DNA of 64,000 bases from an uncultured bacterium (GCA_963744655.1 CAVUUJ010000001.1:335835-399834), one strand, 5' to 3'; positions 29,618 to 39,285 are shown, counted from the stretch's first letter. Made by a program: numbers and translations. Notes: generated by a model not told the origin, from the letters alone.

Positions 29618-30896
29618 TCATGCGTCCCGGCGCAGGGTGCTGTCCCGGTTGGGGCCCACGGACAGGAGGCCGACCGGGACGCCGGTCACGGCCTCCAGGC
29701 GTTCCACGTAGGCGCGCGCGCCGGCGGGCAGGTCGGCGAAACGGCGCGCCTCGCGCACCGTGCCCTGCCAGCCGGGCACCTCCTCGTAGACGGGCTCGCA
29801 GCGCGCGAGCCGGTCGAGGTCGGCGGGACGGTGCGGACCGTCTGCCCGTCGACTCGTAGGCGTGGCGATGCGCAGCGTCGGCATGCCGTCGAGCACGTCG
29901 AGCTTGGTCATGGCCCAGTCGTCGATGCCGTTGATCATCGCCGCGTAGCGGGCCACCACCGCGTCGAACCACCCGCAGCGGCGCGGCCGGCCGGTCGTCG
30001 CGCCGAACTCGCGGCCGACGCGGCGCAGCCGCTCGCCGGTCTCGTCGAGTCAGCTCGGTCGGGAAGGGGCCCTCGCCGACGCGCGTCGTGTAGGCCTTGA
30101 CCACGCCGACCACGCGGTCGATGCGGTGCGGCGGCACGCCGGTGCCCGTGCAGGCGCCGCCGGCGGTGGCGTTCGACGAGGTGACGAAGGGGTAGGTGCC
30201 GAAATCGATGTCGAGCATCGTGCCCTGGGCGCCCTCGAAGAGCATCGTCTCGCCGCGGCCGACCGCCTCGTTGAGCAGGCAGACGGTGTCGCGCGACGAG
30301 CGGCCGGCAGTTCCGCCGCCGCCGCGGCGTAGGACGCCGCGACCTCCTCCGGATCGACGGGCTCCACGCCTGGGCGGCGAGGAGCCGGTTGTCCGCGTCG
30401 ACCTTGCCCGCGGAGCCGGGTCTCGAAATCCGGCGTCGAGCAGGTCGCCCATGCGCAGGCCGCCGCGGGAGGCCTTGTCGCCGTAGGCCGGCCCGATGCC
30501 GCGCTGGGTCGTGCCGATCGTGTCGCCCTCGCTGCGCTGGGCTTCGCGCCCCTCGTCGAGCCGTCGGTGGTAGGGGAGGACCACGTGCGCGCGGTCGCTG
30601 ACGAAGAGCCGGCCGACGACCTCGATGCCCGCCTCGCGCAGGCCGCGTATCTCCGCGAGCAGGCCGAGGGGATCGACGACGACGCCGTTGCCGATGACGC
30701 AGCGCTTGCCGTCGTGCAGGATGCCGGAGGGGACCAGGTGCAGGACGTGCTGGTCGTCGCCGACTTCCACCGTGTGACCGGCGTTGCTGCCGCCCTGGTA
30801 GCGGACGACCCACTCGACGTCCTCGGTGAGCACGTCGATGATCTTCCCCTTGCCCTCGTCGCCCCACTGGGCGCCCACGAGTACGATGTTCGGCAT
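29618..30896 (-). pseudogene. purA: Adenylosuccinate synthase PurA; many single-base indels (possible assembly error)
   Basis: The N-terminus is [21 protein letters not shown] (P-loop), followed by [18 protein letters not shown] and [23 protein letters not shown]. The C-terminus is [11 protein letters not shown]...GPNRDSTL. The central third jumps between all three frames. Confidence 0.88.
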
Positions 30897-30983
30897 GCCG
30901 GTCTCCCCCTCCGCACCGGGCGGAAACGCCGCCCCGCCCCTGCGCGCGACCGCCGCGGCCCGGCGGCACGGCCAAGGGACGGG

Positions 30984-31013
30984 AACCTAGGCGGTGCGGC
31001 GGGGCGGGGTCAA
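30984..31013 (-). promoter_or_regulatory. Sigma-70-type promoter candidate for purA
   Basis: The minus strand reads TTGACC-18 nt-TAGGTT, about 90 nt upstream of the purA ATG. Confidence 0.3.
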
Positions 31014-31075
31014 TCCGAAAGGGCCGGGGGGGGCGCGCGCCAAGCGGCCGCGGCGCGCCCCGGACCGAGTAACGG

Positions 31076-31105
31076 TTTACGCCCGGGGCCCCTTTCGGGT
31101 AGCAT
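31076..31105 (+). promoter_or_regulatory. Sigma-70-type promoter candidate for pyrH-frr
   Basis: TTTACG-18 nt-TAGCAT, about 45 nt upstream of the pyrH ATG. Confidence 0.35.
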
Positions 31106-31148
31106 CACCTTTCGGCACCGGGACGGCCGGGGCCGGGGGGGATCGCCG

Positions 31149-31883
31149 ATGCCTGCACGAGCCGCCGCGAAGCCGAAGTACCGACGCATCCTGCTCAAGC
31201 TCAGCGGCGAGGCGCTCGCGAGCGGCCGCCGCGGGGAAGCCTTCGACGCCGACGTGCTGGCCGGGCTGGCCAGGCAGCTGCGCACGGTGCGCGAGATGGG
31301 CGTGGAGGTCGCGGTCGTGGTCGGCGGCGGCAACATCTTCCGCGGCCTGCCGGGCGAACAGGGCGGGATCGACCGGACGACGGGCGACTACATGGGCATG
31401 CTGGCCACCGTGATCAACAGCCTTGCCCTGCAGTCGGCGCTGGAGCGCGAGGGCCTCGTCACGCGCGTGATGACCGCCATCAGCATGCCCGCGGTCGCGG
31501 AGCCGTTCATCCGCCGACGCGCGATCCGGCACCTCGAGAAGGGCCGCGTCGTGATCTTCGGCGCCGGGACCGGCAACCCGTTCTTCACGACCGACACGGC
31601 CGCCGCGCTGCGGGCGAGCGAGATCGAGGCCGACGTGCTGCTCAAGGCGACCAAGGTGGACGGGATCTACTCCGCCGACCCGGTCCGCCACCCCGACGCG
31701 GTGCGGTACCGCACCATCAGCTACCTCGACGCGCTCGGAAAGCAGCTCAAGGTCATGGACGCGGCCGCGTTTTCCCTTTGCATGGAGAACGACATCCCTA
31801 TCATCGTGTTCAACTTCTTCAAGAAGGACGAGTTGATCCGCCTGTTGCGCGGCCGTCCGGTGGGGACCGTCGTCGGACACTGA
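31149..31883 (+). CDS. pyrH: UMP kinase PyrH
   Basis: [23 protein letters not shown] and [17 protein letters not shown], followed by frr. Confidence 0.92.
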   Translation: MPARAAAKPKYRRILLKLSGEALASGRRGEAFDADVLAGLARQLRTVREMGVEVAVVVGGGNIFRGLPGEQGGIDRTTGDYMGMLATVINSLALQSALEREGLVTRVMTAISMPAVAEPFIRRRAIRHLEKGRVVIFGAGTGNPFFTTDTAAALRASEIEADVLLKATKVDGIYSADPVRHPDAVRYRTISYLDALGKQLKVMDAAAFSLCMENDIPIIVFNFFKKDELIRLLRGRPVGTVVGH

Positions 31884-31917
31884 CGCGGACCCGGCGGACG
31901 ACGCAGGGGAGAGGGAT

Positions 31918-32481
31918 ATGGAATCGCTCGACGACGTGCTGCTGGAAGCGGACGACAAGATGGACAAGTCGGTGGAGTTTCTCCACGCGGAGCTCGCCGG
32001 GCTCCGCACCGGGAAGGCCTCGCCCGGCATGGTGGAGAACGTGCAGGTCGACTACTACGGCGCGCAGACGCGGCTCCGCGAAATCGCCAACATCTCGACG
32101 CCCGAAGCCCGGCTGATGGTCATCAACGCCTACGACCCGACGTCCCTGCCGGCGATCGAGAAGGCGATCCTGGCGGCCAACATCGGCATCACGCCGATGA
32201 ACGACGGGCGGGTCATCCGCATCCCGGTGCCCGAGCTGAACGAGGAGCGGCGCAAGGAACTCGTGAAGGTCTCCCGCCGCCACGCGGAGGAGGCGCGCGT
32301 GGCCGTACGCAACGTGCGCCGCGACGCGAACGAGGCGGTGAAGAACCTGCAGAAGGGCGGGACGATCACCGAGGACGAGCGCGACGGCGCGTTCGGCGAG
32401 ATCCAGAAGGGCACCGACTCCTGCATCGGCAAGATCGACTCCATGCTCGCGGCCAAGGAGACCGAGGTCATGGAGGTCTAG
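31918..32481 (+). CDS. frr: Ribosome recycling factor
   Basis: 187 aa with ELAGLRTGKASPGMVENVQVDYYG and RIPVPELNEERRKELVK. Confidence 0.92.
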   Translation: MESLDDVLLEADDKMDKSVEFLHAELAGLRTGKASPGMVENVQVDYYGAQTRLREIANISTPEARLMVINAYDPTSLPAIEKAILAANIGITPMNDGRVIRIPVPELNEERRKELVKVSRRHAEEARVAVRNVRRDANEAVKNLQKGGTITEDERDGAFGEIQKGTDSCIGKIDSMLAAKETEVMEV

Positions 32482-32613
32482 CCGGAAGGTTCGCGGGGCC
32501 GTGGAGGATCCGCCGCTTCGCGGCCGCCCCGTGCGCCGCGTTCCGCGTGACCCCGCGGTCGCGTGATGACGGGCCCGCCTGGCGGGCGCCGACGGCTCCC
32601 CGGGGCGGGGGCG

Positions 32614-32659
32614 TCCAACCCTTGGAAGCCGGCGGCCGCCGTGTTTCCAACCCTTGGAA
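32614..32659. repeat. Pair of TTCCAA-N3-TTGGAA hairpin motifs (locus A)
   Basis: TCCAACCCTTGGAA at 32614-32627 and TTCCAACCCTTGGAA at 32645-32659, 31 nt apart. The same motif pair occurs at 60322-60368. Confidence 0.7.
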
Positions 32660-32667
32660 GGGCGGGC

Positions 32668-32689
32668 CGCGCGGCGGCCGGGCCGCGCG
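32668..32689. terminator. GC-rich hairpin between the convergent frr and TPR genes (no U tract)
   Basis: CGCGCGGC (32668-32675) pairs with GCCGCGCG (32682-32689) across a 6-nt loop. It lies 5 nt beyond the TPR gene stop. Confidence 0.3.
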
Positions 32690-32693
32690 TGGT

Positions 32694-35036
32694 TCACTCC
32701 CCCGCGGCGGGGCCGGGCGGGGCCGACTCCGGGTAGCGGGCCTCCAGCTCCTCGATCGCCTTGTCGCGCTCCACCGTCCTGCCGAGCGCGTCGAAGCTGG
32801 CGGCCGCGCGGCGCAGCGCCTCGGGGGTGAGTTCCGGGTCGTCGAACAGGATGGCCACGCCGAGGTAGTAGCGCGCCGCGCCCGCGCGGTCGTTCGCGGC
32901 CTCGGCGACGCGGCCCAGCCCGAACATCGCCAGGGCCTTGTCGCGCAGGCCGCCGGTGTCGGAAGCGGCGGCCGCGGCGCGCTGGTAGGCGCCGGCGGCG
33001 TCGTCGAAGGCCTTCGTCTCGAAGAGCGCATCGCCGAGGCGGCGGAAGGCCTCGGCCCGCTCGGGGAAGTCGGTGTCGCCGGCCACGGCCTCGCGCCACG
33101 CCGCCGCGGCGGCGTCCGCGCGGCCCCGCCCGGCGAGGGCGGCGCCCTGCAGGAAGCGGCCGATGGCGGTCCACCGCGGGTCGCCTCCCGCGCGCTCGAC
33201 GAGGGCTTCCGCTGCGGCCTCGGCCTGCGGCCAGCGGCCGCCCGCCAGCCGGCGGCGCGCCAGCCACTCGAGGAGCGCCGGCGTGAGCTCGGCGCGCAGG
33301 CCGGTGCCGAGCAGGTCCTGCAGCAGGTCGGCGGCCTCGTCGGCCTTGTCCCGGCGGTGGAGCAGGCCCGCGAGGCGGTAGCGCAGCCTGTCGGCCCAGG
33401 CGGCCGGCGGATCGTCCGCGAGCGCGGCGCGCAGGACGGTCTCCGCCTCGTCGGGCCGGGCCTCCGCGTCGAGCGCGGCGGCGAGCCAGAAGCGGGCCTC
33501 CGCGCGCAGGGCGCTCTGCGGAAAGCGCCCGAGCAGCCGGGTCAGCGAGTCGCACGCCTGGGCGGTGCGCCCGATGCGCAGTTCCGCCAGCCCCTTCTGG
33601 AAGAGGGTCTCCTCGGCGAGGGCGTCGTCGGGGTGGTCGCGGAGCAGGGCGGCCCACTCGACGAGCGCGGCCTCGGGTTCGCCCTGGCGCGCGAGGCAGT
33701 AGCCGGCCGCGTAGCGCGCGGCGGGCGCGAGCGGGTGCGCGGGATGCGCGCCGGCGAGACGGCGGTAGACCTTGGCCGCCTCGGCCCAGCTCTCCCGTTC
33801 CTGCAGCAGCCGTGCGAGGCGGTACTGCGCGTCGGGCGTGCGCTCGCCGGCGGGTGCGGCGTCGGCGAGGCGTCGGTACCGCTCGATCGCCTCTTCCGTC
33901 CGGCCCCCGGCCGAGAACGCCTCGGCCAGCATCCAGTCCAGGTCGGCCTGCCGCCCCTCCGCCGCGCGCAGGGCCCCGCCGCGCCGCAGCACGTCGGCAT
34001 GGTCGTGCTGCGCGAAAGCGAGCAGCAGGGCCTCGTAGGCGGACTCGGCGGCCAGCCGGTGGCCCGGGTGGGCGGCCCGGAGCGCGTCGTAGGTGGCCAC
34101 GGCGCCGGGCGAGTCGAGCAGCTGCCGCTGGGCGTTGGCCTTGAGGTAGAGCCACTCGGCCGCGGCGTCGCCGGTGGCGGCGGGCAGCGCGGCCTCGGCC
34201 GCCGCGAGGGCGGCGGCGGTGCGGCCGGCCCGGTACGCGGCCCATGCGGCCTGCAGGGCGGCCTCGGCCGCGCGCGCGCTGCCGGGGAACTCGCGGGCGA
34301 GCCGGGCGTACGGCACGGCGGCCTCCTCGTAGCGTCCGCCCCGGTACAGCAGGTCGCCCAGCCGGAAGAGCGCCTCGGCGGCCACCTCGGGGGAGGCCGG
34401 GAGGGCGGCGGCGGCGCGGTAGAGCGGCTCCTGCTCCGCGTCCGTATCGCCGCCGTCCCGCAGCCGGGCGGCCAGTTCCAGGGCGGCGAGCGACGCGTAG
34501 GGCGACGCGGCATGGTCCCGGAGCACGCCGCGAAAGGCGCGCTCCGCCTCGTCGTCCCTTCCCGCCCGCTGCTGGCAGTGGCCGATGTAGTAGGCGGCCG
34601 CGGCGGACAGCTCGGGGCCGGGGTCCCCGTCCTTCAGCTCGCGGAAGAACAGCAGCGCGTCGTCGAACTGGCCCGCCTCGACGAACAGCTCGGCCCGCCG
34701 GAACACGGCGCGCGGCCGGTACTCGCCGGCGGGATACTCTCGCGCGACCCGCTTGTAGAAGAGGTCCGCGGCCGCGGTCTGCCCGAGCGCGCGGTACGAC
34801 TCGGCGAGGCGGAAGAAGACCCGGTCCATGGCCGGGAAGCCGGGCGCGTCGCGCAGCAGCGCCATGTACTCCTTGATCGCGAGATCGTGCAGCCCGCGCG
34901 CGTAGAGCCCGTCGGCGAACCGGGCCTGGTCGTCGGCGGGCACGGACGCCCCCGGCGCCGGGACGGCCGCCAGCACGACCGAGGCGGCCAGGGCCAGCCG
35001 CCGGGCGATGGGGTGGTGCGTCATGGCAGGGCGCAT
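32694..35036 (-). CDS. Secreted TPR-repeat protein
   Basis: About 780 aa with a signal-like N-terminus (IARRLALAASVVLAAVPAPGASV) followed by many Ala/Leu/Tyr-rich 34-residue-type repeats (AEALFRLGDLLYRGGRYEEA and similar). The alternative start is 35024. The rest of the 32694-37421 track ORF is antisense to the cyclase gene. Confidence 0.7.
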   Translation of the reverse strand: MRPAMTHHPIARRLALAASVVLAAVPAPGASVPADDQARFADGLYARGLHDLAIKEYMALLRDAPGFPAMDRVFFRLAESYRALGQTAAADLFYKRVAREYPAGEYRPRAVFRRAELFVEAGQFDDALLFFRELKDGDPGPELSAAAAYYIGHCQQRAGRDDEAERAFRGVLRDHAASPYASLAALELAARLRDGGDTDAEQEPLYRAAAALPASPEVAAEALFRLGDLLYRGGRYEEAAVPYARLAREFPGSARAAEAALQAAWAAYRAGRTAAALAAAEAALPAATGDAAAEWLYLKANAQRQLLDSPGAVATYDALRAAHPGHRLAAESAYEALLLAFAQHDHADVLRRGGALRAAEGRQADLDWMLAEAFSAGGRTEEAIERYRRLADAAPAGERTPDAQYRLARLLQERESWAEAAKVYRRLAGAHPAHPLAPAARYAAGYCLARQGEPEAALVEWAALLRDHPDDALAEETLFQKGLAELRIGRTAQACDSLTRLLGRFPQSALRAEARFWLAAALDAEARPDEAETVLRAALADDPPAAWADRLRYRLAGLLHRRDKADEAADLLQDLLGTGLRAELTPALLEWLARRRLAGGRWPQAEAAAEALVERAGGDPRWTAIGRFLQGAALAGRGRADAAAAAWREAVAGDTDFPERAEAFRRLGDALFETKAFDDAAGAYQRAAAAASDTGGLRDKALAMFGLGRVAEAANDRAGAARYYLGVAILFDDPELTPEALRRAAASFDALGRTVERDKAIEELEARYPESAPPGPAAGE

Positions 35037-35106
35037 CGATAGCCGACGGGGCGGGCCAGGGCAAGCCCCTTCGCGGGCGGCGCCGCGGCGCGCGCGCCTT
35101 TTCCCG

Positions 35107-35135
35107 TTTCGCGCAAGGGGTAACGGCCGTAGTAT
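35107..35135 (+). promoter_or_regulatory. Promoter candidate giving a leaderless cyclase mRNA
   Basis: TTTCGC-17 nt-TAGTAT, with the -10 element ending 6 nt before ATG 35142. There is no Shine-Dalgarno sequence in between. Confidence 0.35.
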
Positions 35136-35141
35136 GGGCGC

Positions 35142-37259
35142 ATGCGCAGCAAGCTCGGGTGGGTTTTCCTGATCGGCGCCGCCTCGGCGCTCGCGGCGTT
35201 GTGGGCCGGGTTCGGCGGGGCGCTGGACCCCTGGGAGTACGCGACCTGGGCGTGGCGCGTGCGGGCCTTCGCGGACGCCGGCCCCGTGAGCGACCGCATC
35301 CGGCTCGTCCTCCTCGACCAGGCCAGCCTCGACTGGGGCAAGGAGCGCGCCCTCGCGTGGCCCTGGCCGCGCGAGGTGTACGCACCGCTGCTCGACTTCT
35401 GCGAGCGCGCGGGCGCGCGGGCCGTGGGCTTCGACGTGCTGTTCACCGAACCGTCGTACGCGGGGGTCGGGGACGACGCGGCCCTGGGCGCTGCGGTCGC
35501 GCGGTCCCGCGCCTTCGCGGGCGCGGTGTTCCTCGGCGCGGAAACCGGCGTGGCGGCGTGGCCGGCGGGTGTGCCGGAGCCGGCCGACCGCCCCGGGGGC
35601 CTGGAGGCGTGGCGGCTCGCGGGCGGGGCCGTCGCCGGCCGCGCCCTGTTCCCGGTGCCCGAGGTCGCCACCAACGCGACCTGCCTGGGCAACGTGTCGG
35701 ACCGGCCCGACGCGGACGGCATCTTCCGCCGCGCGACGCTGTTCGGCCTGTTCGACGGACGCTGGGTGCCCTCGCTCGGCCTGGCCCCGTACCTGGCCTC
35801 GGAGCGGCGCGCGGGGCGCCCGGTGCCGCTCGCCCTGCGGCCGGGCGAGCTGCGTGCCGGCCGCCTGCGCGCGCCGGTGGACGCCGCCGGGCGGGCGCTG
35901 CTGCGCTTCCGGCGGCCCGGCGCCTACCCCCGCTACCGCGCCGCGGCGGTGATCGAGTCGGAGCTGCGGCTCCGCGAGGGGGGCGCGGCGCCGGAAATCG
36001 ATCCCGCCGGCTGGCGGGACGCCTACGTGCTCTTCGGGTTCAGCGCGCCGGGCCTGCTGGACCTGCGGCCGACGCCGCTGAGCCCGGCGGCCCCGGGCGT
36101 GCTGCTGCACGCGACGGTGCTGGACAACGTCCTCTCGGACGCCTTTCTGCGGGAGACGCCGGCGTGGGCGGCCGCGCTCTCGACGGTCCTGCTGGCCCTG
36201 GCCTGCGCGGGCGCCGTGGTGGCCGCGCGCCGCGCGTGGCAGAGCGCCGCGTGGCTCGCGCTCTTCGTCGCGCTGCCGCTGGGCGCGGGCTTTGCGGCCT
36301 ACGCCGCCGGCTGGTGGTACGCGGTGGTGCCCGCCGGGCTCGCGGCGTCGCTGGCGGGGCTGGGCGGCCTGGTCTTCAGCTACGCGACGGAGGGCAGGCA
36401 GAAGGCCTTCATCAAGCAGGCGTTCCGCCACTACCTGAGCCCCGCAGTGATCGACCGGCTCCTGGCGGACCCCGCCCGGCTGCAGCTGGGGGGCGAACGG
36501 AAGGAGCTGACGATCTTCTTCTCCGACCTGCAGGGCTTCTCGGGGTTTTCCGAGCGGATGCCGCCGGCGGAGCTCACGGGGCTGCTCAACGCGTACCTCT
36601 CGGACATGACCGACATCGTCCTCGGCGAGGGGGGCACGCTGGACAAGTACGAGGGGGACGCGATCATCGCGTTCTGGAACGCGCCGGTCGACCAGCCGGA
36701 CCACGCCGTGCGCGCGGTGCGCGCCGCGCTCGCGTGCCAGCGGCGGCTGGAGGAACGGCGCGCCGGGTTCGTGGAACAGTACGGCGCAGAACTGCGCATG
36801 CGCGTCGGCCTCAACACGGGCGAGGTCGTCGTCGGCAACATGGGCTCGCGCGAGCGCTTCGACTACACCGTGCTCGGCGACGCGGCGAACCTCGCCTCGC
36901 GGCTCGAGGGCGCCAACAAGGCTTTCGGCACGTTCCTCATGGTGTCCGAGAGCACCTGGCGCGCGACGGCCGGCGCGTTCGACGGCCGCCTGCTCGGGCG
37001 GCTGCGCGTGGTCGGCCGCCGGGCCCCGGTCGCGGTCTACGAACCGTTCGGCCCGTCCGTCGCGGGCGGGCCGCGGGCCGGCGGCCCGTTCGAGCAGGGC
37101 CGGGAGCGGTTCGAGGCCGGCGCCTTCGAGGAGGCGGCGGGCCTGTTCGCGTCGTGCGGGGCGGACCCCGCGGCCGCGGCCTACCTGCGCCGGTGCCGCG
37201 AGCTGCTGGCGGCCCCGCCGGCGTCGTGGGAACCGGTGTGGAACCTCACGGAGAAATGA
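35142..37259 (+). CDS. CHASE2 sensor domain / class III adenylate-guanylate cyclase
   Basis: 705 aa with an N-terminal TM segment, a periplasmic CHASE2-like region (VLLDQASLD...GFDVLF), three TM segments, and a cyclase domain with TIFFSDLQGFSGFSE, KYEGDAIIAFWNAP and RVGLNTGEVVVGNMGS. Confidence 0.85.
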   Translation: MRSKLGWVFLIGAASALAALWAGFGGALDPWEYATWAWRVRAFADAGPVSDRIRLVLLDQASLDWGKERALAWPWPREVYAPLLDFCERAGARAVGFDVLFTEPSYAGVGDDAALGAAVARSRAFAGAVFLGAETGVAAWPAGVPEPADRPGGLEAWRLAGGAVAGRALFPVPEVATNATCLGNVSDRPDADGIFRRATLFGLFDGRWVPSLGLAPYLASERRAGRPVPLALRPGELRAGRLRAPVDAAGRALLRFRRPGAYPRYRAAAVIESELRLREGGAAPEIDPAGWRDAYVLFGFSAPGLLDLRPTPLSPAAPGVLLHATVLDNVLSDAFLRETPAWAAALSTVLLALACAGAVVAARRAWQSAAWLALFVALPLGAGFAAYAAGWWYAVVPAGLAASLAGLGGLVFSYATEGRQKAFIKQAFRHYLSPAVIDRLLADPARLQLGGERKELTIFFSDLQGFSGFSERMPPAELTGLLNAYLSDMTDIVLGEGGTLDKYEGDAIIAFWNAPVDQPDHAVRAVRAALACQRRLEERRAGFVEQYGAELRMRVGLNTGEVVVGNMGSRERFDYTVLGDAANLASRLEGANKAFGTFLMVSESTWRATAGAFDGRLLGRLRVVGRRAPVAVYEPFGPSVAGGPRAGGPFEQGRERFEAGAFEEAAGLFASCGADPAAAAYLRRCRELLAAPPASWEPVWNLTEK

Positions 37260-37293
37260 AATCGGCGCGCCGCGCGCGCCGCGGGGGAGGGGC

Positions 37294-38145
37294 ATGAAGG
37301 TCGTCGCGGGAGGAGTTCGAGGTTCGTGGCCGGCGGCGCAACCGGAGTGCATGCGCTTCGGCGGCGAGACGACGTCGATCCTGGTCGAGGGGGCCGGGGG
37401 CGAGCGCGTGCTGCTCGACATGGGGACGGGCGCGCGCCGGCTCGGGGAGCGGCTCGCCGGGCAGGGGTGCCGCGACGCCCTCGTGCTGCTGACGCACTAC
37501 CACCTGGACCACGTCATCGGTCTGCCGTCGTTTCCGCTGCTCCACGACGGGCGGTGCCGCCTCACCTTCGCCGCGCCGGAACGCGCGGGCCGCGAGGTCG
37601 GCGGGGTGCTACGGCGCCTGCTCGAGGACCCGTACTGGCCGCTTCAGCTCGACGGCGTGAAGGCGCGGGCCGCCTTTCTCACCCTGCCCGGGCCGCACGC
37701 GGCGGAGCCGTTCGCGCACGGCGGGCTGGAGGTGCGCTGGACGGCGGTGCACCACCACGCCGGGTGCAGCGCGTTCCGCATCGACGAGCCCGCCACGGGC
37801 CACTCGTTCCTGCTGGCGACGGACGTCGAGTGGCAGGGCTCGACGCCCGACGAACGGGAGCGGCTCCTGGCCCTGGCCCGCGAGCCGGGCCCGGCCGGCC
37901 TGGTGTTCTTCGACGGGCACTTCACGCCCGAGGAGTACGGCGGGCACCGGGAGTGGGGACACAGCACGTGGCGCGACGCGGTGGAGTTCGCGCTCGCCGC
38001 GGGCGTCCGCGGACTGCGGATCACGCACCACGCCCCGTCGCACGACGACGGCGTCCTGGCGGGGATCGACGCGGCGGCGCGCGCGGCGTGGGACGGCGCG
38101 GCCGTGGCGGTCCAGGGGGAGGTGCTCGACCCGGGCGCCGCGTGA
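37294..38145 (+). CDS. MBL-fold metallo-hydrolase (possible cyclic-nucleotide phosphodiesterase)
   Basis: 283 aa with LLTHYHLDHVIG (HxHxDH), a later H..G.S, and a C-terminal THHAPSHDD. GGGGAGGGG lies upstream of the ATG. It starts 35 nt after the cyclase stop. Confidence 0.7.
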   Translation: MKVVAGGVRGSWPAAQPECMRFGGETTSILVEGAGGERVLLDMGTGARRLGERLAGQGCRDALVLLTHYHLDHVIGLPSFPLLHDGRCRLTFAAPERAGREVGGVLRRLLEDPYWPLQLDGVKARAAFLTLPGPHAAEPFAHGGLEVRWTAVHHHAGCSAFRIDEPATGHSFLLATDVEWQGSTPDERERLLALAREPGPAGLVFFDGHFTPEEYGGHREWGHSTWRDAVEFALAAGVRGLRITHHAPSHDDGVLAGIDAAARAAWDGAAVAVQGEVLDPGAA

Positions 38146-38173
38146 AGGCGCCTCCGGCGCGGAGGGCGCGGGC

Positions 38174-39214
38174 TCAGGCGCGCCGGGGCTTGCGCCGCGG
38201 GGCGGGGCGGCGGGCGGGCCCGTTGGGGTTCGGCTTGATCCGCAGGTCCGCGGGCTCGATGGTGACGTAGCTGTCCGGGGGCACGCTCTCCATGAGGAAG
38301 ACGTTGCCGCCTATCGTGCTGCCGCGGCCGATGACCGTATCGCCGCCCAGGATGGTGGCGTTGGCGTAGATCACGACGTCGTCCTTCACCGTCGGGTGCC
38401 GCTTGACGTGCTTGACCGGGTTGCCCTGCGCGTCGAGCGGCATGCTGCGCGCCCCGAGCGTCACGCCCTGGTACAGCTTCACGCGGTGGCCTATTTCCGT
38501 CGTTTCCCCGATCACCACGCCGGTCGCGTGGTCGATGAAGAACCCGTGCCCGATGCGGGCGCCGGGGTGGATGTCGACCCCCGTCCGCGCGTGCGTCCAC
38601 TCGCTCATGATCCTCGGCACGATGGGCACGCCGAGCGCGTGGAGTTCGTGCGCCAGGCGGTGCGAGGCGATGGCGAGCAGGCCGGGGTAGGCGAGCTGGA
38701 CCTCGGCGAAGCTGAGCGCCGCCGGGTCCCCCTCGTAGGCGGCCTTGACGTCCTCCACGAGCAGTTCGCGCACGGCGTGAAGCCGCCCGTAGAAGGCGCG
38801 CATGACGCGCAGCGACTCGCGCCGCGCGTCGACCGGCTTCCCGCTGCGCTCGGCGCGGGCGGCCGCGCCCTGCCACCGGTAGGGAAGGGCCTTGGCGATC
38901 TCGGGCCGGAGGAGCCGCCAGGCCACGCTCAGCCGGCGCATGAGGAAGATGCCCAGTTCGTCGTCGCCGACCTCCGCCGGTTGCGCGCGCCCGGGGAACA
39001 TGGCGTCGATCAGTATCCGGAGCGCCTCGACGGCGCGCGAGGGGTCGGGCAGGGCGCGCAACAGGCTGTCGGGCCGGTCCTCGCCCGTGTCCGTGTAGAG
39101 GGGGCGAAGCGAGGACACGACGCCGCAGATGCAGCGCTCGAGCTCGTCGCCGGTGCAAGGCGTAGGCGGTGTCTTCTTCATCGTGCTCGCGCCTCCCTGC
39201 CGCGTTCGGGCCAT
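38174..39214 (-). CDS. cysE: Serine O-acetyltransferase (long EpsC-type form)
   Basis: DPAALSFAEV..YPG, HRLAH.L, ARIGHGFFIDHATGVVIGETTEIG, and left-handed beta-helix hexapeptides. The alternative start is ATG 39181. Confidence 0.8.
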   Translation of the reverse strand: MARTRQGGASTMKKTPPTPCTGDELERCICGVVSSLRPLYTDTGEDRPDSLLRALPDPSRAVEALRILIDAMFPGRAQPAEVGDDELGIFLMRRLSVAWRLLRPEIAKALPYRWQGAAARAERSGKPVDARRESLRVMRAFYGRLHAVRELLVEDVKAAYEGDPAALSFAEVQLAYPGLLAIASHRLAHELHALGVPIVPRIMSEWTHARTGVDIHPGARIGHGFFIDHATGVVIGETTEIGHRVKLYQGVTLGARSMPLDAQGNPVKHVKRHPTVKDDVVIYANATILGGDTVIGRGSTIGGNVFLMESVPPDSYVTIEPADLRIKPNPNGPARRPAPRRKPRRA

Positions 39215-39285
39215 GCGCGAACCTACCGTGCGCCGGCGTCCGTGGCGAGTGCGTTCGGCGCCCGGGGGCCGGGCCCGGGGCCGGC

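Noticed and set aside
35037-37421. The upstream 795 codons of the 1575-aa track ORF 32694-37421, plus the 1188-aa ORF 31819-35385.
   Set aside because: Both are antisense or off-frame to the CHASE2 cyclase gene or the pyrH-frr/TPR genes. The TPR protein has a plausible signal peptide starting at 35036 or 35024.
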